DNA from: Camelus ferus
Lineage: Eukaryota
Assembly: GCF_009834535.1 (NCBI RefSeq)
Contig: NC_045700.1
Location: forward strand, 80,662,001 to 80,726,000
Reading direction: 5' to 3'
DNA length: 64,000 nt
Shown: in pieces, positions 25,734 through 36,200 of the stretch
How positions within the stretch are numbered: the stretch's first letter is position 1
How the letters are laid out: each line of letters opens with the position of its first letter
Translations under genes and position numbers: made by a program
The notes under the pieces: model-generated
What the model was told of the DNA's origin: nothing
Databases searched by the model: none
Seen by the model: only the letters and a program-made list of their open reading frames with translations

Positions 25734-28519
25734 TATTATTATTATTATTATTAAAAACCTGCTTCCAAGAAAGTAACATAGAGCAGACCCTTCAAGCCCA
25801 GAGGCTGAAACCGATCCCATCAGTATATGCAGACTGCCTTTACTCCCATTCCCATCCTCAGGTTGTGATGTGCCCGCTGTTGTGTTCGCCTATGTGTTGT
25901 CAGATTGTGGCTCAGGCTCCTATTTCCAAGCCTGGGTTCCTTCTCTCTCCCAAGCAGGTGAGGCAGGAGGGAGATTACAGTGGGGAGGCAGCGGGCAGAG
26001 GCTTAGGTTGGGTGGGGAAGTTCAGATCTTGGCCATTGGCTTCTTCCCTCTCAGATTACTGAGGGTTCAATTCCATTCTCCTCTCTACTTTCTCCTTTTC
26101 CAGAAATCCAAGCCCATCTTGTGTCCATCCCTCTCTGCCCTGGTTGTCTACTTGAAGGCTGTCTCATTCTACAGCTTTGCTCATTCAAGGGAGCACTACC
26201 GCTTCTACGAAATGTCATCTTTCTCTGAAGCCAAGGCCAAGAGTCTCATCAAGGAGGCTGGTCAGGACCAAAAGGGAGGGATAGGGAAGGAAATGGGATG
26301 GGTAGGGTCAGGTCTGATGGGCAGGCAGATGAGTCTCAAGACAGAGAACGAGGGAGCTAAGGAGAGATTGGGGAGCCAAGAAACTCCTCAGAGCAGACAT
26401 GGAGACAGGAGTATAAATAGTGGGCTCAAGGCTCTAGAGGAAACAAAGCTGGGGGAGATGATCTGGCTAGAACAGAGAGGGAGGCATAGCAAAGCTTCTT
26501 AGAGCCAGCCTTAGGAGATGCTAGAGAGAGAGTGAAGTGGGTGGGAAGGGTCCTTGGGACCAGGGAGATGGGAGGATCTATTCCACCCACTTCCATCTCC
26601 CTACCCACATCCTCTTTACAGGCAATGAGTTTGTGCAGCACAACACCTGGCAGCTAAGCCGCGTGTATCCCAGTGGCCTGAGGACAGATTCATCCAACTA
26701 TAACCCCCAGGAATTCTGGAATGCAGGCTGCCAGATGGGTGAGAGGGCAGTAGGAACAGGGAAGAGGGAGTGGAAGAACAACGGGTGGGAAGTAAGACCC
26801 TGAGTGGCAGTAGGGCCAGTGAGTGCTCCAAGACTGCTAGGCTGACAAAGATGCTCTCTATGGTGTTCCCAGCAGCCCTTTTATACCCAATATGTCTGTC
26901 TCACTGCCTGAAAGAGGGGTTGGATGGCCCCAAGGTGAATCTTTTCCCTTTTCTCTTGGGGCCTTCAGTGGCTATGAATATGCAGACTGCGGGGCTTGAG
27001 ATGGACCTTTGTGATGGGCTCTTCCGCCAGAATGCGGGCTGTGGCTATGTGCTGAAGCCAGACTTCCTGCGTGATGCCCAGAGCTCCTTCCACCCTGAGA
27101 AGCCCATCAGCCCTTTCAAAGCCCAGGTCCTCCTAATCAAGGTATAATGGAAATGAAACTGTTGGGAAGAAACCGAAATAATGGATAGGAGCTGGGGAGG
27201 GTGAGGGGAGAGGGAGAGGTGGTGGCTATGCCTGACAGGAGTGTAGTAGGTGAAAACTTTCTCGGGAGAGGCAGCATGGACTCTGGACCCTGTTGCCTGG
27301 GTTTAACCCCATTTACTAGTTGTGTAAAGTTGGGCAAACTCCTTAACCTTAGTCTCCTCACCTGCAAGACTCGGGTATTAATACTGCCTACCTCACAGGG
27401 CTGTTCGTCAACACAAAGTGCTTACAACAGTGCAAGTGCTATAGAAGGGTTGCTGTTATTAACATACCTACTTTCAAACCTTGTTAAATTCCTACTTGGA
27501 TGCATTTTAAATTGCAGATAAGGTACTCAAAGAAAATAAATTATTCATGGAGAATTAGCTTTGCAAACCCAAAAGCTATAGTGCAAGGTCCTGTGTCTCC
27601 CTCTTCCCTCAGCCTTCCTCCTCCCCCTCGGTGTGAGAGCTGGAGGGGGGCTGGGCTGAGCAGAAACTAGTGAGGTTCCAGAGCCCTGGTTGCAGGTTAT
27701 CAGTGGTCAGCAACTCCCCAAAGTGGACAAGAACAAAGAAGGGTCCATTGTGGATCCACTGGTGAGAGTGGAGATCTTTGGCGTTCGCCCAGACACAGCC
27801 CGGCAAGAGACCAGCTACGTGGAGAACAATGGTGAGACTGGGCAGTGCTGGGGGGAGGGAGAAGCACAACTTGTTTTCCTACCATCCAGCCCCCCATTAA
27901 GTACAGTCCATCACAACCTCCTGCCACCTCCATGGGACGCAGTGTGAAACAGCAGAAAGAACAAGGACTTGGACATCTCGGGTCTGAATCCTGGCCCCTC
28001 ACTTACAAGCTCCAGTGACTTAGGCAAATTACTTACCCACTCTGAGTCTCAATTTCCTCACCTGTAAAATACTATGAAAATTAAGTGAGAGAACACAAGG
28101 AAAGCAACTGGGCATGGGCCTAAAGATAATAGCCAACAATGTCTGCTCCTTCATTCCCTCCCTCATTCCCCCTACTCCGCTCAGGTTTTAATCCATACTG
28201 GGGGCAGACCCTATGCTTCCGGGTCCTGGTACCTGAACTGGCCCTGCTGCGTTTTGTGGTAAAAGACTATGACTGGAAGTCCCGAAATGACTTCATTGGT
28301 CAGTACACCCTGCCCTGGAACTGCATGCAACAAGGTGAGCCCGTTCCTCCACCCCTGGCCCACACCCCAACTCTGTCTGCCTCCCTAATGCTGCCCTCCC
28401 CCCTCCTTCCAGGTTACCGCCACATACACCTGCTCTCCAAGGATGGCATCAGCCTCCACCCAGCCTCCATCTTCGTGCACATCTGCACCCAGGAAGAGCT
28501 AGAGGGGGCTGACTCTTAA
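14416..28519 (+). CDS. PLCD4: Phospholipase C delta-4, 767 aa (799 aa with the cassette exon). Coding exons: 14416-14437, 14572-14730, 15921-16149, 17250-17385, 17972-18203, 20995-21196, 22133-22277, 22912-23064, 24530-24715, [25862-25957 cassette], 26104-26260, 26622-26738, 26969-27141, 27696-27831, 28185-28334, 28413-28519
   Basis: PH domain ([17 protein letters not shown]), EF-hands, X box ([28 protein letters not shown]), acidic X-Y linker, Y box ([18 protein letters not shown]) and C2 domain. Exon lengths sum to 2304 nt in frame, ending at TAA 28517-28519. Confidence 0.97.
14860..15250. mobile_element. MIR SINE relics in PLCD4 intron 3
   Basis: MIR core-like text (CTGTAAAATGGAAAT...CCTGGCACATAATAAG; AGACTGCCTGGATTAAAGCCCTGGCTCTGCC...AAGTTACTTAA). 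Confidence 0.6.
16550..17170 (+). mobile_element. L2 LINE relic
   Basis: (TTCA)n end followed by L2-typical segments (GAAAGTTTCAGGGAGGAAGTAGCATTTGAGCTGAGCCTTGAA). Confidence 0.6.
20390..20760. mobile_element. MER3-like hAT element interrupted by a Tigger-derived MITE (20447-20608)
   Basis: MER3-like flanks (TATTTAAATTTAAAT; GGCTACCATATTGGACAATGCAG). The internal element starts CAGTCAGCCCTCTGTATCC, ends GATGACTG, and is flanked by TA dinucleotides (TcMar target site duplication). Confidence 0.7.
21490..21740 (+). mobile_element. MIR SINE
   Basis: GGTTCTGGAGTCAGAC...CCTCAGTTTCCCCATCTGAGAAATAGGG...GTGAGGATTAAATGAGATAAT, the MIR core. Confidence 0.7.
23200..24330 (-). mobile_element. Degenerate antisense LINE-1 fragment in PLCD4 intron 9
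   Basis: T-rich strand with L1 3' motifs (GATTCCTAGAAGCAAAATTGCTGGGT...TTGCCCTCTGG; TTTTATGTAGTCAAATCTG). Confidence 0.65.
24893..24944 (+). repeat. (TATC)13 tetranucleotide microsatellite
   Basis: Perfect repeat read directly. Confidence 0.95.
25688..25752 (+). repeat. (AAT)15-AT-(ATT)6 palindromic trinucleotide microsatellite
   Basis: Read directly; the two tracts are reverse complements of each other. Confidence 0.92.
25862..25957 (+). CDS. PLCD4: PLCD4 alternative cassette exon in the X-Y linker (32 aa, [32 protein letters not shown])
   Basis: CCTCAG| acceptor and CAG|GTGAGG donor, 96 nt, phase 0/0, no stop. Resembles the rodent PLCD4 linker insertion as recalled. Confidence 0.75.
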
Positions 28520-30247
28520 GGAGGGCCCTTCATAGGACGGATGGGTGTGTTGGCTTTAGATGGTAAGAAAAACCTGGAAGGATGCTCCAGAAAGCAAACA
28601 GAGGTGATGAAAACCAAGCTTTGGGCATTCCTAGGCACAAAACTACATCTTCCCCGCTATGCAAATCTAGGACCTGATTTTTCACCCTTTTTCTCTTCCC
28701 TTTCTTCGTTTTCACAAGCCTTTGGTATCATTACTGTCTTTCCCTCTACATACCCTATACTGGAGTTCCTTCCTTCCTCTTGCTGTAGGCTCAGTACCAT
28801 ACCCAGATCTAGGACTACTCATTCCCACCAACTCTGGCTCAAAGGCAGATTGCAACTAGAAACCCAGAGAGGGGCTTGGGGCAGAGAAACCCAAAGAGGC
28901 ACTATCTCCTCCACCCCTAACTTCCTCAAAGTCCAGAGCCAAGGGAAGGACAGATCAAGCCTCAAGTCTCCCCAAGCAAAGGCTGGGGAAGGAGACCTGA
29001 ACACAGGACTATACTGTGACTCAAGAGAACACTGCAGACCCCTCAGAGTCCCCACTGGACTGCTTCTCCTTAGCCCCACCGGTATAAATAGAGCTTCTCT
29101 CCCAATTTGGCTTGAGTATGGTCTCTCATTGTTGGGCAAGAAGGGGAGGTAGGAGGGTTGGGGGACATTTGGGTAGATAGGTGGGGTAGGGAAAAGGTGG
29201 AAAGACAGGGTTTCCAGGGGCACTCCTGCATGCACTACATAGGAAGAGTAAGGAGTATGGCTTCTAAGGGCCAGGGCAAAGGGAGGAGAGAGTCATAAGA
29301 TCCCAGTCCTCCTGAAGAGTTTGCCTGGAATAATCCTGGTTTGTGTCTGGTGTCTCAGCATAATTATTAATAGTACCCTCTTCAATTTTCCGAGTGTGTC
29401 CCAGTTTGGATGATTAATTATACAGTCATTGTGAAGTCCTGACAGAATTCTGGGTTAGAGATTTACCTCCCCAACTGTCTGTATTTCACCCTGTCCTTGT
29501 GCTTTAACTATAGTGCTGCTGCTGAGCCAGTCGGAGGATGGATGTTGAATCAAAGCTGCTTCCAGGAGGAGGAAGCTTAGTGGGTGGCAATCCTCCCTCT
29601 ACAGGTAGACAAAAGGGCTTGGCAATAGGGAGCAGGACAAGGGCTGAGAGAGGCTCAAGGAGAGAGGAGGCAGACCTGGGCCTGTTTCAGAATCAGTCCC
29701 TCAGTGAAGATGGAAGGAGACAAAGGAGAGACAGGTCTAAGAGAGCACAGGGCAGACTGAAATGACAGTTTGGCAATGTTAAGTCAGGGACTTGGACGAA
29801 TCTGTACAAGCTACTGTCATTTTACCATGCTTTACAGAGCAGTGGGCACAACAGCACATGCAGTTAGATACAACTGTTTTGAGAACGCTGAAAGAAAACA
29901 GGACTTGACATAGTAGGAAGGAAAGAGAAGAAACGGGTAAAAGCAAGCTCTTACAGCTAGGGACTTCGGTGGAATGACGGTGGAGAAATTAAACTGAGGT
30001 TAAAAACACAGTGCGCCTCAACAAGAAATCAACATGTGGTCCATGTCTTTTATATCAACTTCCAAGTACTACATCCAGAGTCCCAGGAGGGTTCCAGCCT
30101 CTCTGACACCCTGACGCCAGCCCTTCCTTCTGCTCTGAGCTCCTCAGGCTAGCTCTGGTTCCAGTCTGCACATCTTGGCTCACACCCTCTTCTTGTCTGG
30201 GAAGTTTGGGGAATGGTGGGGGGGGGGGGTGGGCAGGGAAGCCACTC

Positions 30248-33200
30248 TCAGCCCTCAGGTCCAGTTTGGGGAGCAGCAGGAGCAGGAGGGCTGGGGTCCT
30301 CCAACTGCACATCATGCAGGTGCACCGTGGGGGTGGTGGGGTCTTTGCCCACGCCTTGGTTTGGGTCAGCCTGGTCAGGGTGGTGCCTGCGCACGTGCTT
30401 GACCACCTGGAATTTCTGCTTGGCCTTGTAGCTGCAGAGGCGGCAGAAGAAGGGGTGGCGGTCGGTGTGGGTGAGGGCGTGATGGCGGAGGCCCGCGGCC
30501 CAGCGGAAAGCGCGGTGGCACACGTTGCACACATAGGGCTTGGCCTCGCTGTGCTTGCGGAGGTGGGTGCGCAGTAGGAAGCGCGTCTTGAATGCCTTGC
30601 CGCACTGCTCACACATGAAGGCCCGAGCTTCCCGGTGGCGCGTCTCCTGGTGCACTCGCAGTGCGTCAGCCCGATTGGTACAGTACTCACACTCAGGGCA
30701 CTGGTATGGCTTCAGTCCTGTAGGACAGGGCAAGGACAGGGGACAAATCACCACTGAAGGAGGTGGAACAAGGATCTGTGGATCAGAAGAGTCACTGTGA
30801 TCCTGGGACATGAAGAATATAAGCAGCAAAGTGAATGAAGACTATGTCTTTGGAATGTTCCAGTCCTGTCTGACACTGGTGTGTCCTTCTCCCAACACAG
30901 CCCCTTTAGTATACAGTGAGTGCTCAATGGATGCTGGTAACTAACTGGACCCCTAAGTAGCCACCTGATGGTGATAAATACTCAAATATGATGAGGTTTC
31001 TACAAGGGGAATTCCGATCCCCTTTTGGTCATGGAGTACTCATGGAAATGGGAATCTATTTAAACACAACTCTTTGTTCAACTCAAGAAGTACAAAAAGA
31101 TGCTTAAGAGGGAACGGGTAAAGGTGAAAGAAGTAGTATTCATAGATACAGAAGGCCTTGAAATACATCTGGTTAATTCCTTTACATGCGGGACCATATG
31201 CAAAAATCACAGCATATCATCATGAACCCATTTCTGAGAACCTGTGGTCCATGGACTTGGTACCCAGAAGGGAAAAAAAGGATAAGTTAAAATAGGTGAA
31301 CCCCTCTACTTTCTCCTTACTCATGACAGTTTCATCCCGCCTGTGCAGGTAGACCTGCTCAGTCACTCATGTTTGAGTTGGGAGGTTCTCAACAAGAGGT
31401 GGGTGGCCTTGTGCCACAATCTCCCCAGAAGCTTTTGCAAAGTACATGTGCCCAGACTCTCAGGTTGATTCAGATGGGTTTTCAGTGGATTGGGAAGCTA
31501 TTCTGGCTTCTTAGCCTACCTGCTATCCTTAAGGTGAACACTGCTGTGCGCCCGAATCTGAGTAAAGATATACACCACCTCATAGAGGCTGGGTGTGCCA
31601 GGGAACAGGGGAAGCCCTTGGGCCTGTCAAAACCACGCAGACTCACCTGTGTGCTTGGTCATGTGGTACTTGAGCTGGTTGACCCACTTGCACTTGTAGC
31701 CACAATCAGGGCAGAGATACTTCCGTTCCTCCTTGTGAATCCGCATATGGTACTGGAGGAGTTTGAAAGAGCAAAGAATATACCCAAAAAATGCGCACCC
31801 CTTGGTACACACTGGATGTGGAAACAGGGCAAGCAGGCAGAGAAACTGCTGGCAGATAATTCTGTTCCCTGTTCTGATCCTACCCATGTTCCCCCATTGC
31901 CAATCATGTCCCCTAGGCCAGTTACTCTGGTACCACCCTAACCCATTTGGTCTACCCGCAGGTCTGTCCTCTCTCAGCTCTGCCCTTATTAGCTGTCGTT
32001 GGGTGCCTAACCCCTAATTCTCAGTTTATTAATCTGTAAAATGGGAAACTGTAAAAGTTACTATATCGTATTTTTGAAAGGATTAGTGTCTGGCATACAG
32101 CATAAGTGCTCAATAAGTGCTAGCTGTTATCTAGATTATCCCCAACCTATTATACACTTTTATCACATGCCAAGCACATATTATGGAATTTTATCTTTGC
32201 AACAACCCTATGAAGTATTATCCCCTTTTTACAGATGAGGAAGCTGAGGCATGGAGATATTAAGGGACTTGACCAAGGTCATAAAGCTAATATTTGGAAG
32301 AGTCAGGATTAGAGAACCCAGGTAGTTTAATTCCACAACCTGCATTTCTTCCATTTCTGGCCCTGCTCCCTGACCTTACCTTGAGGCGAGAAGGGTCAGC
32401 ACAGGCATAGGGACAGAGGTGACAACGGTAAGGCTTTTCCCCAGTGTGGATGCGGCTATGCCAGGTGATCTTCTGCCGGTTCTTGGTGCTGTAAGCACAG
32501 TCAGTGCACTTGTAGAGCCGGGTACCCCCATGCCCTTTCACGTGGTGGTCCAGCACCAGCTGATGGCGGCACGCAAAGTCACAAAAGGGGCAGTGCAAGG
32601 GGGGCTGGCCAGCATCTCCATCCTCAGCTGAGGCTGCTGCTGCTGCTGAAGTCTCCTCATGCTGTTCCAAGTAGTGCTTCACCAGGCCTGCCCGCTCCCG
32701 GGCAGCAAAGTCACAGAGCTGGCAGCGGTGGCTGAAATGCTGCTGCCTCCGGTGCTCATCCAGTGCTGGCCGGCTGGGGAAGGCCTCCTGACAGGCCCCA
32801 CATTCAAGCCGTGGGTGCTGTTTCCGGGTGTGGCCTCGCAGGCTGGCGGGGCTGGGGCACAGCAACCCACAGCGGGAGCAGTGCAGGGGGCCCTCGGTGG
32901 CCTCTGTGGGAGAGCCAGGGGCTTGCGGTGTCGGCTCGGGATGCCGGCGCAGAGCATGCTGCTTGAGTGCCGTCTCAGAGCTGAACTGGGCCTCACACTG
33001 GGGGCAGGCAAAGGCTGGGGTGCCCTGGTGGCAGCTGTTGACATGGCGAGTGATGTCATGGCGAAGGTAGCCACTATAGTCACAGAGAGGACAGAAGTGG
33101 GTGGGTGTTTTGTCATGTACCCTCAGCCGGTGCAAGCGCAGTTTTGAGTTGGTACCAAATGTCTGGGGACAGGAGCTACAAGGGATGCGGCCAACACCTG

Positions 33201-36200
33201 TGTGTCGGGACTGGTGAGCTTCCAACCGGTACCGCCTGGTGGTGGAAAAGTCACAGAAAGGGCACTGATGTGGCTTCACTCCCTCATGCTTGAGCCGCCG
33301 GTGCTGCTGTAGGCACCGGCTCTGTTTACAGGTGAAGCCACAGTCCCCACATTGAAGAGGGGGCCGGGGGCTGCGGGCTGGGGCTGCAGTGGGGTGCCTC
33401 CGCTTCTGGTGGAGCCTCAGGGCAGCAGCAGCAGGAGCACTGAACGGGCAGAGGCCACAGTGCAGCTCTCCAGACGGCTCAAGGGGGCAGCCCCGGGTCT
33501 GGTGAGTCCTCAGAGCCCGCTCCTGCTGGCAGCTAAAGGGGCACGTGGGGCAGGAGAAGCGAGCCCCCTTCTGCTTTGGAACCAGAGCTGTATCTCCATC
33601 ACCAGGGCCACACTCTGTATCTCCACTGCTTAGGGGAGCAGAGTCCCTGCTGCTTAGCGGGGACACAACAGGCTGGGTCTGGGAGGCTCCTTGCTTTCCT
33701 CCCCAACCACGGCCACCCCGGCAGCCTTCAGCCACATGAGAGGTAATGGAGGAGAGCCGAGAACAAAGGAACATGCAGGAGTTGCAGTGAAATTTGCCCT
33801 GCTCAAAGCGGAACTTCTCAGGGGCCTCTGTGGGTGAGGAGTTTACTGCAGGAAGGGCTGTGGAGCCAGAGAGAGTGGCACGAGGCTCTTCTGTCTTTTC
33901 TGGCTCTCCAGGAAGCTCAGAAGGAGAATCTTTTGCGAGCAAAACCTCTACTTCTAATGGTGCAGGTGGAGGCTTCCCACCTTCTGCATCCTCTGAGGCC
34001 TGTGTGTCTGAGGGCAGAGGATTCAGAGGGATGGGTGAATCTGGTCTGGGCAAGCCCTTGTTCTTTCTGAGCAGAACAGGGCACTTCTTCAGCAGGTGGG
34101 TGCTGAGGCCACGCTGTTGCTTGAAGTTGGCCCCACACTCAGGACACAGCAGGGGCTCTCGGCGGCCCTGGCACCCAGTCCTGGAGTGCAGATTCAGGGC
34201 CTTCTCCCGGCGGGTGATGAAAGGGCAGTGTGGGCAGCGGAAAGCCCGCCCCTCTCCCTGTATCACTACCATCTGAACCCGCCCCTCCAACACCAGCGCC
34301 TCTGCCTGTTCTTTGTCCTGCCTCCTTAGGGCCTTGAGTAATGACTCTGATTCAGGGAACTGGGGCAGGGGTGCTGTCTCAGTGGGTGGAGTTGCCTTCA
34401 AGGTTCCCACCCAGCTGTTAGGGGGCTCCTCTGAGGAAGGAGGATTTCTAGGGGGCTCAGAGACTGGCTTTTCCAGAATGGGCTCTTCTTCAACACTCAT
34501 GCCAGAAGTTCCAGCACTTTCAAAGGTAGACAACTCTGTCAAAGTTCCATCTGGCCCTTCTAGGCTCAGGGGCCCAGAGGGATCCAGGGGCCTGAACTCC
34601 ACAGGGGCAGTTTCAGTGATCTCCTCAAGGGGTGGGTCGGCCACAGGTTCCAGCTCCACTCCCAGGGCCTCTAAGTGTAGTGTGCAGCTGCCTTCATCCA
34701 CCGCCGCTGGACTGGGGCTGCCAACCAGGTCATCCCCTTGGGAAACCTCATTGCTGTCCTGTCTCCTGGCACTGTCTTCCTCGCTGACCTCTGGCAGGGC
34801 CTGGTCCAAGGTGGGGTCCACCACAGTCCCAGGGTCATGGTCTGGCCCCTCAGGCTGGGCAGACAGCTGTCTTGACCGCTCTGAGTCTGGTGAGGGTGTT
34901 GGGCACTGTGTGGCCTCCTCTGGCTCCTGGCTGGCACAGCGGAGCTGCCAGACCTGGTCCCCAGGCACATAACCATGGACCTTGCGCTTGTGGAAGAAGA
35001 GGGTGGTGTTGCTGAAGGTGCGGTAGTCACAGAGGGCGCAGCGGAACTCGCGGAGGCGGGTATGCTTACAGTTCTCGTGGCTCAGCAGCGCCTGCTTGTG
35101 GCGGCTCTGGTAGCTGCAGTAGCGGCAGGGGTAGAGCGGGGCTGGCGTTCCGGGGTGGTGCTGGGAAGCCATGTGCTTCTGCAGCTCATACTTCCGCTTG
35201 CAAGCAAAGGCACACACTTCACACATCAGGGACTTGCCCTGGTGCCGCAGCTTGTGGCTACTCAGCTGATCAGCCCGGTGGCAGCGATAAGAGCACTGGT
35301 TGCACTGGTATCTGGTTAGGAGGGAAGGTCACAACTGTATATCAGTCACAGCAACTACCAGTCACTAAATAAATACATACTATGGGCCAGGCTCTACACT
35401 CAATATTGCACATGCATTATCTAATTTGTCTTTTCCACTACCCTATGAAATAGGTATCTCTATTTCTTAAGTGAGGAGACCAAAGCACAAAAGTTAATAA
35501 CGCCAAGCAGAGACTTGAGCTTGTGTTCTATCCCCTATTCTACATTGCTTTTTAAAGGGAAGATATCGTGAATCAGCAACCCTCTGTGGACTTTCGAGGA
35601 GCTGACATGGCTACAGCCCCACGGGGCAGGTTTCTGTGCCTAGTTTCCAACCTCCCGTGGAGGCATGAAAGCTAAGAAACCCCCTAGCCAGCTATGCCCA
35701 CAGATCAGAGGGGAACTTGCCTGGATTTGGCAGTGGCCTGGATTCGGGCCACAAGTATAGTCCATCTACTTCACCAGGACTGGACTCTGAGAGCTCAGGT
35801 GATACCTTAGTCTCTGGGCCTCTACTCTGGGTCTACACTCCCTTCCTTGAGCCCAGAGAGCTCTCACCATGCAGACTGGGCCACATGCACAGAGGTCAGC
35901 TACAGGCAGTGGAGCCAAGATGACAGGAGCAGAGAGGGGCGTTACGAAGAGTCTCTCCGGGGCTAGAAGAGCAACGGGGCCAGAAGTTGACTTCGAGAGG
36001 AGGCGAGCTTAGCACTGGGTTCTTAGGATAGGGCCGGAGGCATGCGAGTGCTCATACCTGAGGTCCCCTGCGTGTTTCCGCATGTGCACACTGAGGTAGT
36101 GCTTCCACTTGGTGACATAACCACATTCAGTGCACATGTAATCCTTGGTGTTGGAGTGGGTCAGCATGTGCTTGGATAGGTAGCTCACGTCTCGGCAGGT

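Noticed and set aside
25673-26062. 129-aa ORF with poly-Asn and poly-Leu
   Set aside because: It is a translation of the AAT/ATT microsatellite. Only the 96-nt cassette portion has splice support.
27682-27695. Alternative upstream acceptor (TTCCAG at 27676-27681) for PLCD4 exon 14
   Set aside because: It would add 14 nt and shift the frame, so it cannot give a productive isoform in this sequence.
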